A DNA stretch of 60,397 nt, filler included, from Sphacelaria rigidula (taxonomy: Eukaryota): NCBI GenBank assembly GCA_964200075.2. It is 9 parts of 9 records of this genome, joined end to end, with 100 filler letters (N's around TTAATTAATTAA, not from the genome) between each part and the next. Parts side by side here need not be neighbours in the genome. Positions count along the whole stretch, not along the records: positions 1 to 6,623 come from CAXNAA020018993.1; positions 6,724 to 13,346 come from CAXNAA020018994.1; 7 more parts are not named here. One strand, 5' to 3'. Positions 1-11,950 of this stretch are shown in pieces. Under the pieces are notes generated by a model. The model was not told the origin of the DNA and made no database searches. It saw only the letters and a program-made list of their open reading frames with translations. Position 1 is the first letter of the stretch. The number at the start of each line of letters is the position of its first letter. Position numbers and translations under genes: made by a program.

Positions 1-1275
1 TACGTGAAGATTTTGCCTCCCAAAACGATGCACTTTTTGGGGGGGGGGCTATCGTAGAAAGTGTCGACCTCAGCCAATACATTAGCTAGACATCAATATG
101 ACAGTGGGTAAATGCGCTGAGAAAGTATCTACGCAATCGAGGGGCATTAGGCCGACAAAAATGTCATCGGGCACCATCACTGAAAGTGTGGAGAAAGCTC
201 TGTTTGTGGCTTGAACCTCAGTTTAGTGTACAACCTCATTTTTAGAGTTGCCTGTTGACTGTCGAGTGGAGTACCGAAAACGTTGGACGTTTACGCAGTA
301 CTAGAATATGAAGATGGGCATGCACTTGATATGGTATTTTGATGAACGGGTCCCGACGAGGAACCGTAGTCCATTTTGGGTGGATATGAACGCTTGATAC
401 TCGGAATAGGTTCTGACGTTTGGATATGACTTTTTGCTATTTAGCCGTATACAGGGTACGGATCTCATGTGGATAGTAGGATATGGGTGTTCCGAGTTGT
501 GTCCAACAATTGATCAAGGATTTCATATTGCGCGATTGAATGAGTCGGGGTAGACTTCGTATGTTCCATGTGCACAACGGACAGTAATTTTCGAAATTTT
601 CTATCGTCTATGGCTGACGGCAAGCTTCACTGGATATTAAGCTGGTGCCGACAAACCGTTGGTTGTGCCTCCGGGCCAGCAACGTTCCTATTTTATCGTG
701 CCTGAATGGCGGCCCTTCTGGTTCTTGTATGGTGACTTTATTTGTGATTTACATCCGTTAGTGTGGGGTGCAACACCCCTGCTCTAGTTTTCACTGTGTG
801 GTCGGCTGATCAACAACTGGAGTACCCTTGCCCCGCGGGCCACGCGAGTCCTGCTGGTGAGCTTTGGTTAGGGGACTAGGCTACTGGTTAAACACTGTAT
901 AATGAATTCGATATGCACTTCTTGCGGACGCTTTGAACCGATTTTCCTCGGAGTTTCGTGCTGGCAGTAAATTGGTTCGGTTTGACTACTGCACCGTTTC
1001 GTATACGCAACGGGTTGGTACAGCTTGAGCCCCTGTTCTTCCGAACAACAGGTCGAGGGTTTCGTGTGTCTTCTTTCCTCTCAGGGCCCGCTTCAACCTA
1101 ATCTTATCAAAAGCGGGGCTTCGGCACGGCGTGAACAAGCTCGAGTTGTGTGCGGTTGGACTGCACCCCTGGTCATGATTTTTTGCATTGCTCGCCTAGG
1201 CGTACAGTACAACAGTCACGGTTCTGGGTACCTTGCACAAAAACAGAAATCGTCCATGGGTTCCCAAAGGGTTAA

Positions 1276-1360
1276 CCCTACCGCGGTGCGGGTAGTCCAT
1301 CTGGATAGCCCATGACTTTTCAACTGAATATTGACATGACTCACCCTCGCGATGTAAGGG
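1276..1360. mobile_element. piggyBac-like MITE (~85-105 bp family). Other copies at 2663-2760, ~20003-20068, ~44195-44425, 45030-45853 and ~55262-55360
   Basis: TTAA on both sides (1272-1275, 1361-1364), CCCT...AGGG termini, family TIR CCCTTAGACCGCG/CGCGGTCTAAGGG. Confidence 0.8.
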
Positions 1361-1861
1361 TTAACCATATTTGTTCGACTTGCGTCACCCCAGGGAGGCA
1401 CAACCAACCCGAAGGGGAACCTTGTATATACATATATGTGTGTTCTTTGCACCACGCATACGCCAACCTTTGAGCGGCAGATGCCTTTGCGTCCAAGAAC
1501 AGTGCCCGGTGCCGGCACTGATTTTTGTTTTGCCGTTGGAGCCTTTGATACACCTTCCGACATCGCCGCCACCAAGTCCCGCCTGCTGGTGGACCTGCCA
1601 GTATTTTTGAGTGACCTATTCAGTATGGCCTGCGAGTTCCCATGGACCATGCCAGCTGTCGTGATTGAAACGAAATCCTCGCCGGGATACCCGGAGCTCT
1701 GGTAATATATGATTCGGCTCCATGTACAACCAAGTACTGGACTCTCGTTGAACTTACTGCAGTGCAGGGTGATTTCAGTGTATTCCGTTGCGCGAACAGG
1801 GGGAGTGCTCAGTCATTTTGGATGACTCTGCACTGCAGTTCAGAAAACTGGAGTCGAGTTG

Positions 1862-2600
1862 TAGCCACAAGACTTACACCGAATTCCGACCATCACGTCG
1901 AGTGTGCCTTGAAAATCTTTGCAGATCCACCATAGTCCGCCGCTCATACTGTACTGTAGTCCTAGATTCCTCCCGTACAGCTATATCCGGCCCACTCCAA
2001 CACCCTAACCGGTTCTAAAATCGAGAGATGACACATTGCTGCTCTCGAGAGGTGTGTACCCAGGACGAGGTTTCACTGCGCCCCTTCCAGTTTATCACAG
2101 CAGAAGAGAGATCTTCTCGTCGAGTACTGGGAGGCCCTTTCACCCCTCCATTTTCGGGTCGGAGCAACCCCGTGTGTACCGGTACATTCTTGTCATAGTT
2201 TTGACACACTACACATACACCGCACTTACGGGATGATAATACTTCCGCCGAAGATTCTGATTTGATTTATCGCAGCCATCTACACAACAAATCAAGCCAC
2301 CTTCGCTACATGTGACACCGCTGCAGTCGAGTGCCCATCACTGACGACGTTTTTCGAATTCGTACACATGTCCTCGGCTGCGAACCCACCACAACCATCC
2401 ACGGCTGGTAGGTAGGGCATTATGATACAGGGCATTAGTGGTGGATACAAGTCATGGCACTTAGTTCAATTTTGTACCGAAACAAGCCTGACATCCCGTC
2501 GCATGAACGAAAAAATGTTCTTCAAGTTCGGGTCATTCCGCACCACAGTTCAGAAAGCCTGAGAACCGCAGTAATCACAGGACTTGCTCTCCCCCAACTC
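1862..2600 (-). pseudogene. Decayed, apparently intronless ORF with tandem PHD-finger-like motifs (possibly transposon-borne)
   Basis: Manual translation across stops and frameshifts gives SCDYCG...CDGCQACF...KCHDLYPPL, then DCSGVTCSEGGLICCVDGCD...YYHP(x)KC, and WWICKD further on. Confidence 0.45.
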
Positions 2601-3074
2601 CATAACTGGGTCAGATCCCCCCCCGAACACGGTCCCCAAATAGAACAACTACCGATGGGTTACCCTTAGACCGCGAGGGTAGTCTTCTGTTGAATCGGCA
2701 TCAATTTCAAGTGAAATAAGGTATGAATGGTTCTGAAAGACTAATCTCGCGGTCTAAGGGTTAATCAATGCTGTTTTTGCAAGTGGTTCGAGGCACTGTA
2801 CGACATTCAGCCGCCTATTTTCCCGTCCATCACACGAGTGCAGACGAGTGATGCTACGGTACACACGTGGACAAATAGCATCCTGTAGGACGAGCTGCAC
2901 AGGGTTCTCTACAGTCTTTGCGAAAACCCCTGTGCAGCATTTGCAAAGCCTAGTACCTGTAATAGCATTTTGCATAGCGTTTTTGTCGAAACCCTGCAAG
3001 CAACCCTGTGGAAAGGCCTTCCCAATTTCGAAAATTCCGAATTATTTTGGTATAATATCTGTACATATATATAT

Positions 3075-3176
3075 TTTTGAATAGCTTCTCCTGCTGTCCG
3101 AGATAAATTCATTTTTGCCCGGTTTGAACCGGGCAAAAACGAATTTATCTCGGACAGCAGGAGAAGCTTTTCAAAA
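3075..3176. repeat. Near-perfect palindrome (~42-bp core arms, 2-nt loop) within a repeat-rich element
   Basis: AGCTTCTCCTGCTGTCCGAGATAAATTCATTTTTGCCCGGTT..AACCGGGCAAAAACGAATTTATCTCGGACAGCAGGAGAAGCT, one mismatch. Confidence 0.9.
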
Positions 3177-4666
3177 GAGATCCTTTTCCCCCATTTAATT
3201 TGGGTGAAAAAGGATCTATTTCGAACAGCAGAAGAACCTATTCGAAATATATCCTTTTTTCGCCCATTTAATTTGGTGAAAAAAGGATCTGTTCCGAATA
3301 GGTTCTTCTGCTGCGCAAATCCCATGCACACTGGCAGATTTGGATTTAGAACAGCAGAAGAAGCTCAAAATAAATTTTCACTTTGCCCTCCAATTTCATA
3401 CCGAAATTGGTGGAAAAGAGATTTATTGCAAGCAGCGTCAGCTGTGCATATCCCGCAAACTGCATCGTTACCAGCGTATGGGATCATACACGCAACAAAA
3501 GTTGCTGAGAGCAATTCATCCTATAGCCCCAAAGGATGAATATTTCTCGCTGAGTAGAGATCTCACACACTGATTACGTGTGTATGTCCACACCTGTGCT
3601 TACAGCACAAACTCGGCGTGATAAGATGCTAGCGGAGCAGTGTATACCTCGCATATGAATGCACATTGCTTTTGAAAACCCCGTGGTGCGCAGTCTACCA
3701 AAATCACTCAACCGAGCATGCTTTTGTTCATAGAGGTCTTTGCTTGATACTTATTACAAGCACAAAGTATTCTATCACCTACAAACAAGCCCGGTAGCTC
3801 AAGGTGCACACTGACGCACTCCAATGCGCAAATTCGTGCGCTCGGGTCCCACCGCTGTGATTTCTTCACCGTTTTTTCTGCCAGTACCATGCCCATGCTG
3901 TATGGCGTACAGGGTATGTGCGCTGTGAAGGCTGTACAGCATATTAACAGCGATGAATTCTACACGGAGTGACGAAATCCTGTGAAGCGCCTTGTGTGGC
4001 ACAAAGAAATACCCTACAGTCAATTCCCCGCAAGAAATCCTGCACAATTTCCCTGAAACCCTGTGAAGCGTCCTGTGGGGCGCAAAAAACCAACGACAGC
4101 CAGATCCCCGCGAGAAACGTGTGTAGGCGTTGTAGGCAAGGGACAGGGGATCCTGGATTGATGACCCTTATCTGTGTGACCCCTTACTGTCTGACTCTTG
4201 AATTGGTCTGTTGAGGATCACTCCGTGATAATAACAAGTGAGAAGAAAGGACTTGTCGAGCACGAGGCCAGTGCTACTGAAGGAGTCCCTCGTTGATGGT
4301 TCTCTTGTCCGGATCGTCTGGCAGAGGCTATGGGGTGCACAAATAGTCTCTGAGGTTAGAATCGCAAGGAGCCCTTCATCTCATCAAAACACGACTCATG
4401 AAAATATGTGAGAGTACGCCAGGAATAATATTTCAATGTGCTGGGGATATCCCGAATGGATTTGCAAACTGGGATGCTCTGATCCATATTCTTGTTCATC
4501 CAGAATCGTTAGGATCCCGTGAACCAGACAAGATTTCGCGCAAAACGTGCACCTCTATCGTAGCATTGCTCGGACCATTCGCTTGATTAGCACGAGGCAC
4601 GTTGCCCGCATAATCCTAGTGTCGAAGCAACATTTTCCGTGTCGACCTAAGATCGCGGGTCAATTC

Positions 4667-4877
4667 TGTAATGCATGAGAGGATCGCGTGCTTAGAGAAC
4701 CGCATCGGAATTTGAACATCCCTATGGTTAGGGTTAGGGTTAGTGTTAGTGTTGGGGTTAGGGTCAGAGGCGTGGTTCCTGCCGGGACTGGCCTGATTGG
4801 TTTCGAAAAACGTCAATCCTGGGGTGTTTTGAACCACGGCGCGGTCCTGTAAGCACGCGGTTCTCTCACGCATTACA
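4667..4877. mobile_element. MITE with TGT...ACA termini, ~37-bp TIRs and 5-bp TSD (Ginger2/Tdd-like), carrying a TTAGGG tract
   Basis: TIR TGTAATGCRTGAGAGRAYCGCGTGCTTA; AATTC duplicated at 4662-4666 and 4878-4882; GGTTAGGGTTAGGGTTAGTGTTAGTGTTGGGGTTAGGG at ~4726-4763. Confidence 0.75.
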
Positions 4878-5689
4878 AATTCAATCGAAGTATATTCTCC
4901 AGCTGGTCAACATGAGCAGTCAATTGTGTAGTGCAAAGATTCCGTGTCGCTTGTGCGTACGACGAGCCAATTCCCACCACCGCTCCTTTTCAAACAACCC
5001 CCTCCCAGCTTCTGGAGTTTTGTTCTCCATCTGCTGTCAATACTAAAGTTGTGCCCGATCGTACTTTTGCACCGCTCAGTATTCCTCTCGCCAGGGAACG
5101 AGATGAAAGGACTTTCCAATGAATCAGAGGAGGAGCGCCTCCGCATCACAACCAAGAGCGGCCCGTACCCCCTAGTTTTAATCTGGCATGACAGGGGTCG
5201 TTCTTCGCCATATGGCACGGGTGTGTAGCCCCACAGCCGCTTGCAACCTACAGAGATTACTAACCCCTTGCCGACATAATTATGCAATCAATCAAGGCAG
5301 TATTGCCCCACTTCTACCTGGACTAATCGAGACGACAAACAAAATTTCAAAATGAACCAAGCCAGCTAGGACCACCCACTCTGCAACCTACACTTATCAG
5401 GACGACAGACATTATGGTTCATCAGCGTGCTGAGTTCGGTATCCATTTTCACATGGCCTCAGCACCAGAAACCGTTTCTCCGCAAACTCCAATATGAAAC
5501 AAGCCTATTTCTGACCACACTAATGCGCGCTTCTTCCTCTAGTCATCCGCCAAAATTAGACAGCTGGTATGGAAATGACGAGGTCAAGAACCAAAGAGAA
5601 CCGTCGCACGAGTTGTAGAAGGGAGTTTTTTTTTCCTTCCCATCAGCACTACAGCCACCATGTGTTCGAGGGAATATTGTGTGTGTATT

Positions 5690-6067
5690 GTGTGTGAGTG
5701 CGTTGCCACCATATATGAATATATATTCTGGACGCCAGTATACGCTTCTCGGTACGTGAAGGCGCGTCATTCGGAGTCATACGGGAGGAAGGTCAGCACA
5801 GGAATATATCTTTATTCCTCGTTTGTTTCAGCACTCCATTTCCCGCGGTGCTTGCCTTATTTTTATCGCGAAAGGGGTTCAGCTACCATTTTCCTCGTCG
5901 ACCGTTGGGTCAAACTTTGCGCATCCACGGCATAGTCCCTCTCCACTGTTGTTGGGCATGATGCAAGAAGAATCCCAGATCACGTGACTTCACCTAGATT
6001 CGAACCCACGACGTCCAGACCGTCAGAAAGTGTCGAGGTCACTCACCGAGCAACTGGAGCGACCGGC
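5690..6067 (-). mobile_element. tRNA-derived SINE, family A (diverged, near full length)
   Basis: Reverse complement aligns to the 45868-46196 copy; A/B-box head near 6000-6067, CA-rich tail near 5690. Confidence 0.75.
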
Positions 6068-6623
6068 TTACTGTATGCCGCATTGAACACAAAGATACAT
6101 GCCACATTCTACAACAGGAGAAAAGAGTTGTCTCATCCGCTTCCTACATGAAAAGATCCAGCCAGTCAACAAATTTCGTGACAAACGTAACGTTCGTGAC
6201 CACTTAGCCTCAGCATTGATCGTAGTATCGCTGAGCACATCAAGTGACCACTTCAGCTCGCAAGACCTCGTCAATCAAGGGACATATCGCGAACTTCTTC
6301 AATTAATCCTGACACTCGACTATAGAAAATGATGAACGCAGTCAAGACGTTTCCCAGACGACTTGAGATATTTAATACTTTTCAGATACATCTATGTGCA
6401 TACAGTATAGTACACGAAGATTGTTTCTTCGCGAAACGCAAGAAAGATAAACAACAACAAATTGTGCGAATTGAGGTTTAACTCCGAGATGAGCTTCAAG
6501 CCTAGAACAGTGCTTTCCCCACACTTTCAGCGATGATGCCCAGTGACGTTTTTGTCGGCCTAATGCCCCTCAATCGCGTAGATACCTCTTCAGCGCAATT
6601 CACCGACTCTGTGAGCCTACAGC

Positions 6624-6723
6624 NNNNNNNNNNNNNNNNNNNNNNNNNNNNNNNNNNNNNNNNNNNNTTAATTAATTAANNNNNNNNNNNNNNNNNNNNN
6701 NNNNNNNNNNNNNNNNNNNNNNN
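6624..6723. other. Artificial contig linker (44 N + TTAATTAATTAA + 44 N). Identical linkers at 13347-13446, 20069-20168, 26791-26890, 33513-33612, 40235-40334, 46956-47055 and 53677-53776
   Basis: Eight identical 100-nt spacers with a six-frame stop 12-mer separate segments of 6623/6623/6622/6622/6622/6622/6621/6621/6621 bp. Confidence 0.98.
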
Positions 6724-6984
6724 ACTTGAGTATGACCTCAATACTCTACTCAAATTTTGAGTAGGTCGAGTACGGTCTCAAATACTCTACTCAAATTTCG
6801 AGTAGGTTGAGTATGGTCACAAATACTCTACTCAAATTTTGAGTAGGTTGAGTATGGTCTCAAATACCCTATTCAAATTTTGAGTAGGTTGAGTACGACC
6901 TTAAATACTCTACTCAAATATTGAGTGAGCACTCTCAGTAATACTTGAGTATAGAGTACTCCTTGAGTATGGTGAGTACCCCTG
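6724..6984. repeat. ~40-bp tandem repeat array with palindromic core TACTCAAATTTTGAGTA, ending in CCCCTG (possible hAT-like MITE end)
   Basis: Repeated GAGTAYGRYCTCAAATACTCTACTCAAATTTYGAGTAGGTT units. Confidence 0.85.
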
Positions 6985-7359
6985 ACAGCCGGCGACTTCG
7001 TGACGTCACTTCACAGACTGTGTTGAATGCTTGGGCGAACGATGGCCATCAATTAGATGGGCAGCGTTACATCACAGCCAACAAGGAGTATGAGCGAATG
7101 ATGGCCATAAAAAAATCAAAAAGCGTGCAGGTGAACAAACCTACTTGCCCCAGCGCCCCATCCAACCAGTCCCTAACCACGGCAGTACATACTCGATACC
7201 TCGCAACGCCCTCGATATCACTTTCAGTACAGAGCGCCACTCATCATCATCCAGTAATCGAGTAGACCAGTAGTCGAGTAGGTACTATCAAATGAGCGAC
7301 TCTACTGGTTTGACAAGACAGTTTGACCTTGAATCAGCACTCGTCATGGGTGGGCAACT

Positions 7360-7990
7360 CTAGGAATACCTCGGTATTTACTCTACCCGAGCTTGAGTAT
7401 CTTGCGTACGAACTTGAATTTTGAAGTTGAAGTTATAGGTTTTTGGTACATCGGATCCGGCCTCAGATACTCCACTCAAATTTCGAGTAGGCCGAGTACG
7501 GCCTCTGATACTCCACTCAAATTTTGAGTAGATCGAGTGCGACCTCAAATACTCTACTTAAATACTGTATTGAGTAAGCCCTCTCAGTGATACTTGAGTA
7601 TAGAGTATCACTTGAGTATGGTCTCAAATACTCTACTCAAATTTTAAGTAGGTTCAGTATGGTCTCAAATACTCTACTCAAATTTCGAGTACGTTGAGTA
7701 CGGCTTCTAGTACTCTACTCAAAGTTTAAGTAAATCGAGTACGACGTCGAATACTCTACTCAAACGTTGAGTAAGCACTCTCAGTAATACTCGAGTATAG
7801 AGTATCACGCGAGTATGACCTCAGTACTCTACTCAAATTTCGAGTAGACTGAGTATGATTTCAAATACTCTACTCGAATAATTGAGTAGGTTGAGTACGA
7901 CCTCAAATAGTCTACTCAAACTTCGAGTACTAAGAGTATGACTCTTCAAAAATACTGAGTACTGAGTATTCTCTACTCGACCTACCCTTC
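7360..7990. repeat. Second array of the same ~40-bp palindromic-core repeat
   Basis: About 11-12 diverged units of the same motif. Confidence 0.85.
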
Positions 7991-8593
7991 AAAGCTTTCG
8001 CAGCAACGTCGGCATATGACTAATCCTGCATAGACTCATCTCCGACTTACAAGCTCATCAGAACGCTAAATTAACCATACAGTGATCCGATTTCTAATTT
8101 ACACAAGCACACATTCGACTGGGATCCTCTTCCCTTACTCGCCGGTCATTCTGACAAAGATCGTCATACCCAAAGTACTAGTTTAATTCACGCACGCGGT
8201 CATATACCATTACAGATTTCGGCTATGGTCACACGATGGACGGGCGCTTGTACCCACAAGGTATGAACAATACGGACACGCTTTCCAAAGGGATCTCGAA
8301 TAGAAAAGGGACAAAAGAAGACCCTAAAAAAACAAAGAGCAAAAAAAAGGGAGGGAAGGAAGGAACAAACGAAACAGCATACAGAAACCGAAAAAGCGGT
8401 CTCCAACGTGCTGCTCGTGTTCTGGCGTTTACTGCGACGATGACAAGACACGCTACGACCTTCAAGATTCAATGGACTCACGGACTCCTCGTGCAAACGA
8501 ACGGCGCGAACGATCGGACCCGCCACCTCCCACGAACAAATTTCAGTAAAACGGGTAGTGGCACGCCGCAACCCATTGTTTTCTTTTTTCATA

Positions 8594-8653
8594 TCATTAT
8601 CATTGTTATTATTGTTGTTATTGTTACTATTATAATAATTCTTCTTCTTCTTC

Positions 8654-8688
<35 letters not shown>

Positions 8689-8738
8689 TTAATATTAATA
8701 TTAATATATTATTATTTTATTATTATTTTATTATTATT

Positions 8739-8819
<81 letters not shown>

Positions 8820-8822
8820 ATC
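8594..8822. repeat. Compound microsatellite (ATT)n/(CTT)n/(GTT)n
   Basis: Direct inspection; explains the poly-I/poly-L tail of ORF 8236..8850. Confidence 0.97.
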
Positions 8823-9558
8823 ATTCAGCCATCTGATTCAAACAAAGTAGCAAACCGAGCTGCGGAAAAGCGTTTCAATTTGGCGGAATATGTATGTACA
8901 AATAAAGCATATACAACACAGTGAAGATCCTACCTTCAAGGCCTTTTTTGTGACAAAACAAACAGAACGACCGCGAAGTAGAATAATGGTATTAAAAGTG
9001 GATATACATTAACAATTTTCTGTCATACTTCCGACCTATCCTCCTCCTCACGACGAGTCCCGCACTTTCAGGAGATCAACCCGTCACTCCCTCTGTGTAT
9101 GCCTGACAGTTCGTGACCGAACATTGGAACATCACTTCCGCAGCACGTCTACCTTCATAACATGCACTTTGTATATATATCCACCATATGTACACACACA
9201 TACATGTGTAAACATACATGGGCATTTCAGTATGTTGGAGTCGAGTCGAGTCTCGAACACCTACCACCCTTTGGAGCAAATGAATACCAGCCTCAAATAT
9301 ACAGAGATGGTTGGATTATCTTTCGTCACACACCCCTCGTGTAGACATTTCAAGCCGTAACGCTTCCCCATTGCTCCATGTATTCTGCGGTCTACGGTCT
9401 ACGGTTCACGTCCGTTGTCCTCGTCTTGAACGCGCCTTTGGCTTGATCGGTAGAATTGAAGCACTGCTACTGCTGTTCCCGCAAATAGATACTACTGTAA
9501 CACCATGAATGCACAAGGAGCGACCTCGTATGGACTTCAGTTGATCTACAGAATCCGT

Positions 9559-9633
9559 TTAATCTAAGAGTCTTTCCAGGGCACGGCGACGCGACAAGAT
9601 TTCGTCGTCAGGTTCCACATCCTGGTCGAGTTC
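9559..9633 (-). CDS. BBS4: BBS4 terminal coding exon (ELDQDVEPDDEILSRRRALERLLD*)
   Basis: CAG acceptor, phase 0 matches the preceding exon, ends in TAA. Confidence 0.75.
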   Translation of the reverse strand, partial: ELDQDVEPDDEILSRRRALERLLD

Positions 9634-9771
9634 CTGAAGACGGACGGTTATTTCACGGAGGAAGCGTTGGCGGGGTGGAGAGAAGCCGAGAGGCACGGGA
9701 GACGGGGGGTAGTATTGCTTGCCGTATCCTATAGGCGATGGCTTGAAGCACACCGGGTGATATCGAACATT

Positions 9772-10026
9772 GAGTGATGCTACGGTAGGGGTGCACAAAT
9801 ATTTTCTAGGGTTTGAATTGTTAGGAGCCCTGTAACTCATCCAAAATACCACTTCCGAAATACGTGAGGGTACGCCAGGATTACTATTCCAATGTGCTGG
9901 GGATATCCCGAATGAATTTGCAAATGGGGATGCCCTGACCCACATTCTCGTGCAATCTAGAACCCTTAGGAGCCCTTGAACTAGACAAGATTTCGCGCAA
10001 CAAGTGCACCCCTACCGTAGCATTGC
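9772..10026. mobile_element. ~250-bp MITE with GAG...CTC termini (Sola-like), in the last BBS4 intron. Other copies at ~4330-4571, 13790-14043 and 44483-44732
   Basis: TIR GAGTGATGCTACGGTAGGGGTGCAC / GTGCACCCCTACCGTAGCATTGC(TC). Confidence 0.85.
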
Positions 10027-11234
10027 GGCAGTACTTTTTGTAGTCACCAGCGGCTTCCTGTATCAAGTGACCAATCATTTCATCTAGACGCGGCATTGGA
10101 AGTAGCAGCAGTGAAAGTCGCGGCGTTCGTCACGCGATCGCTCTTTCCATGCAACCGCGTATGCATGATGAATTTTTGTGTGCCCGAGCCCATTTGAAAT
10201 GCACAGGTTCACACTGCTCTGTGCCGAGCAAGCGATGGGTTCATCCCCCAGAGACAATATGGGCGCGTTCTGAGGCAAGCAGGTAGCACCAGAAGTACTG
10301 GAAATCCCCCAAAAAACAGTGCGCGTGAACTTCATTGCTCGAGAGAGCTGCAGGCTATTAGACACTGCAGGTCGGTGCCCTTGCGTCAAGTAGCTTCCAA
10401 CGAGCCTACGCAGGAGTTCGCGGGATTAGGTAAAGAAAACTGTGATGACATTCCGCAGAAATACCAAGTATGCGGCGTACATAGGCGTTGAATCCTTGCC
10501 TGCATGAACGAAGAAGGCCAGTGATTCCGTACAGCTAGCTATATCAATAACATGAAGACTAAAGACTACACACGTGAGCCATATCTCCGTGAAACTGGAC
10601 GGACATTACAAAAAGGTAAGCCCTTTGACACAAGGGGTCATATTATAACGAAATGCTACACCAAACCCGATTGCATATGAAGCCAGATTCGGCGCGGGGG
10701 TGAGGAAATATGCTAATTCCTAGTCATCAAGCTGCCAGACGTAGCTAGACCTCCTGAGCTTATCTTGATTCAAGCGTTGAGAGTATGCCCAGGGACTCGG
10801 GGGCAAGGATGTGCTCTGTCTCCGGGATGTTGGTACAAGTCGACAGCGAGTCAGAAACATCGAACTGGTGTGGTGAGTAAACGACATGAGCAACGCGACT
10901 GAGTTGCCGAGTTGCCTGGAGACCGGCAGTGTAGGGTGTGCCCCGCCCCCTTCGACCGCAAAGTACACGCAGTGTTTGCCTTCACTGCTGTTATGTCGAT
11001 GCGAAATGCGAACTGTTTTGTAACTTGGTGCTTCATCAAGGTATGCATGTACGAATACTCCGGCAGTAAAGATACCCAGAGAAGGCCATGAAGGTGGAGA
11101 GAAATGGAATCAGCTAATAAAATGGCACCTCTGATTGATCGTTGTTGACAATCTACAGTAGGCGTTCATCGAATGAATTAATGGTGTGTTATTTTGTTTT
11201 TTCTCGTCTACCCTATCGAACATATGAACCGTAC

Positions 11235-11351
11235 CTCGAAGAGCTTCTTGAAGGAGTCGAAGTGTTCCCTAGCACGTTCCGGCTCGTCGTTGTTGGTCAG
11301 CGTTACCGCATAGTTCAGATGTGTGAGGTAGTCAGGATCAAGGTCGAGTGC
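11235..11351 (-). CDS. BBS4: BBS4 (BBSome TPR subunit) penultimate exon ALDLDPDYLTHLNYAVTLTNNDEPERAREHFDSFKKLFE
   Basis: CAG|...|GTACGG splice sites, 117 nt, phase 0-0; matches BBS4 'AVHLD...LNYAVLLYN' TPR. Confidence 0.9.
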
Positions 11352-11574
11352 CTGCGGCGGGGTATTGTTTCCGGAGGACCGCAAATTGTGTCGAAACAAA
11401 ACTCTCCGTCGTCACTAACTACTACTGCCGTTTGCACCGAATTGGGTACTTCACCAGTGTAGGATCGGCGGAGCGCTTGGGCACGAGGGGTACGAAACAC
11501 GTGATCAAAGTCGCGAGTAGGGCGGGCGAACCAATCGCTTAGAAAAAAAAAAGGCGATTTTCGAAAATTAGAAT

Positions 11575-11950
11575 GGAGCTTCTCGTTGAGGATGGTTACC
11601 CATGTTTAAAAAACAACTTCGTATTCATACCATTTCTTTGAACATTGGTCGCATTCCTTCACCTACTGGTAGTTATTGACAACTTCTACACGCCATACAA
11701 ATTTTGAATCCGGTAACCGAAGAATTGGGTTCCTAAATGAAAAACAAAATCTGGGCAATTTGGGTGATCCCCAGAACTGTTTTTCACGTAGGACCCCAAT
11801 TTTTCGGTTATCGGAATCCATGTTTATACGGCGTGTAGTACTTGCCGATAGCTACCACGACGTGAAGAAATGCGACAATGTTTCGAAGAAATGGTGTGAG
11901 TACGAAGATGTTCTATTTTTCCGGGTAAACATCCTCAATAACAATTCCGT
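11575..11950. mobile_element. Diverged foldback MITE, same family as 39688-40126, in a BBS4 intron
   Basis: Long imperfect inverted arms (CTTCGTATTCATACCATTTCTT / AAGAAATGGTGTGAGTACGAAG) similar to the 39.7-kb copy. Confidence 0.7.

Noticed and set aside
2195..2235. CXXC zinc finger (RKCGVCVVC)
   Set aside because: The second half of a CXXC domain is absent, and the adjacent frame fits a PHD finger (LICC.DGC...YYH) better.
4726..4763. True telomere or chromosome end
   Set aside because: Short, degenerate and internal to a TIR-bounded element.
95..6620. Inverted copies of one repeat at both ends of contig 1 as TIRs of a 6.5-kb transposon
   Set aside because: Both copies start inside the contig and run outward, so they are two separate repeat copies at which the assembly broke, not ends enclosing the interior.
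6624..6723. Regularly spaced TTAATTAATTAA motif (every ~6.72 kb) as a biological periodicity
   Set aside because: It is flanked by exactly 44 N on each side and has stops in all six frames, so it is a synthetic linker.
6724..7990. CRISPR-like array of palindromic ~40-bp repeats
   Set aside because: Units abut with no unique spacers, there are no cas genes, and the context is eukaryotic. The same applies to 16536-16900 and 25240-25835.
8236..8850. 204-aa membrane protein with poly-Ile/Leu
   Set aside because: Translation of an (ATT)n/(GTT)n microsatellite. Poly-Cys, poly-Ala, poly-Pro, poly-Gly and HT/CV ORFs at 20.6, 22.3, 26.7 and 40.4 kb are likewise simple repeats.
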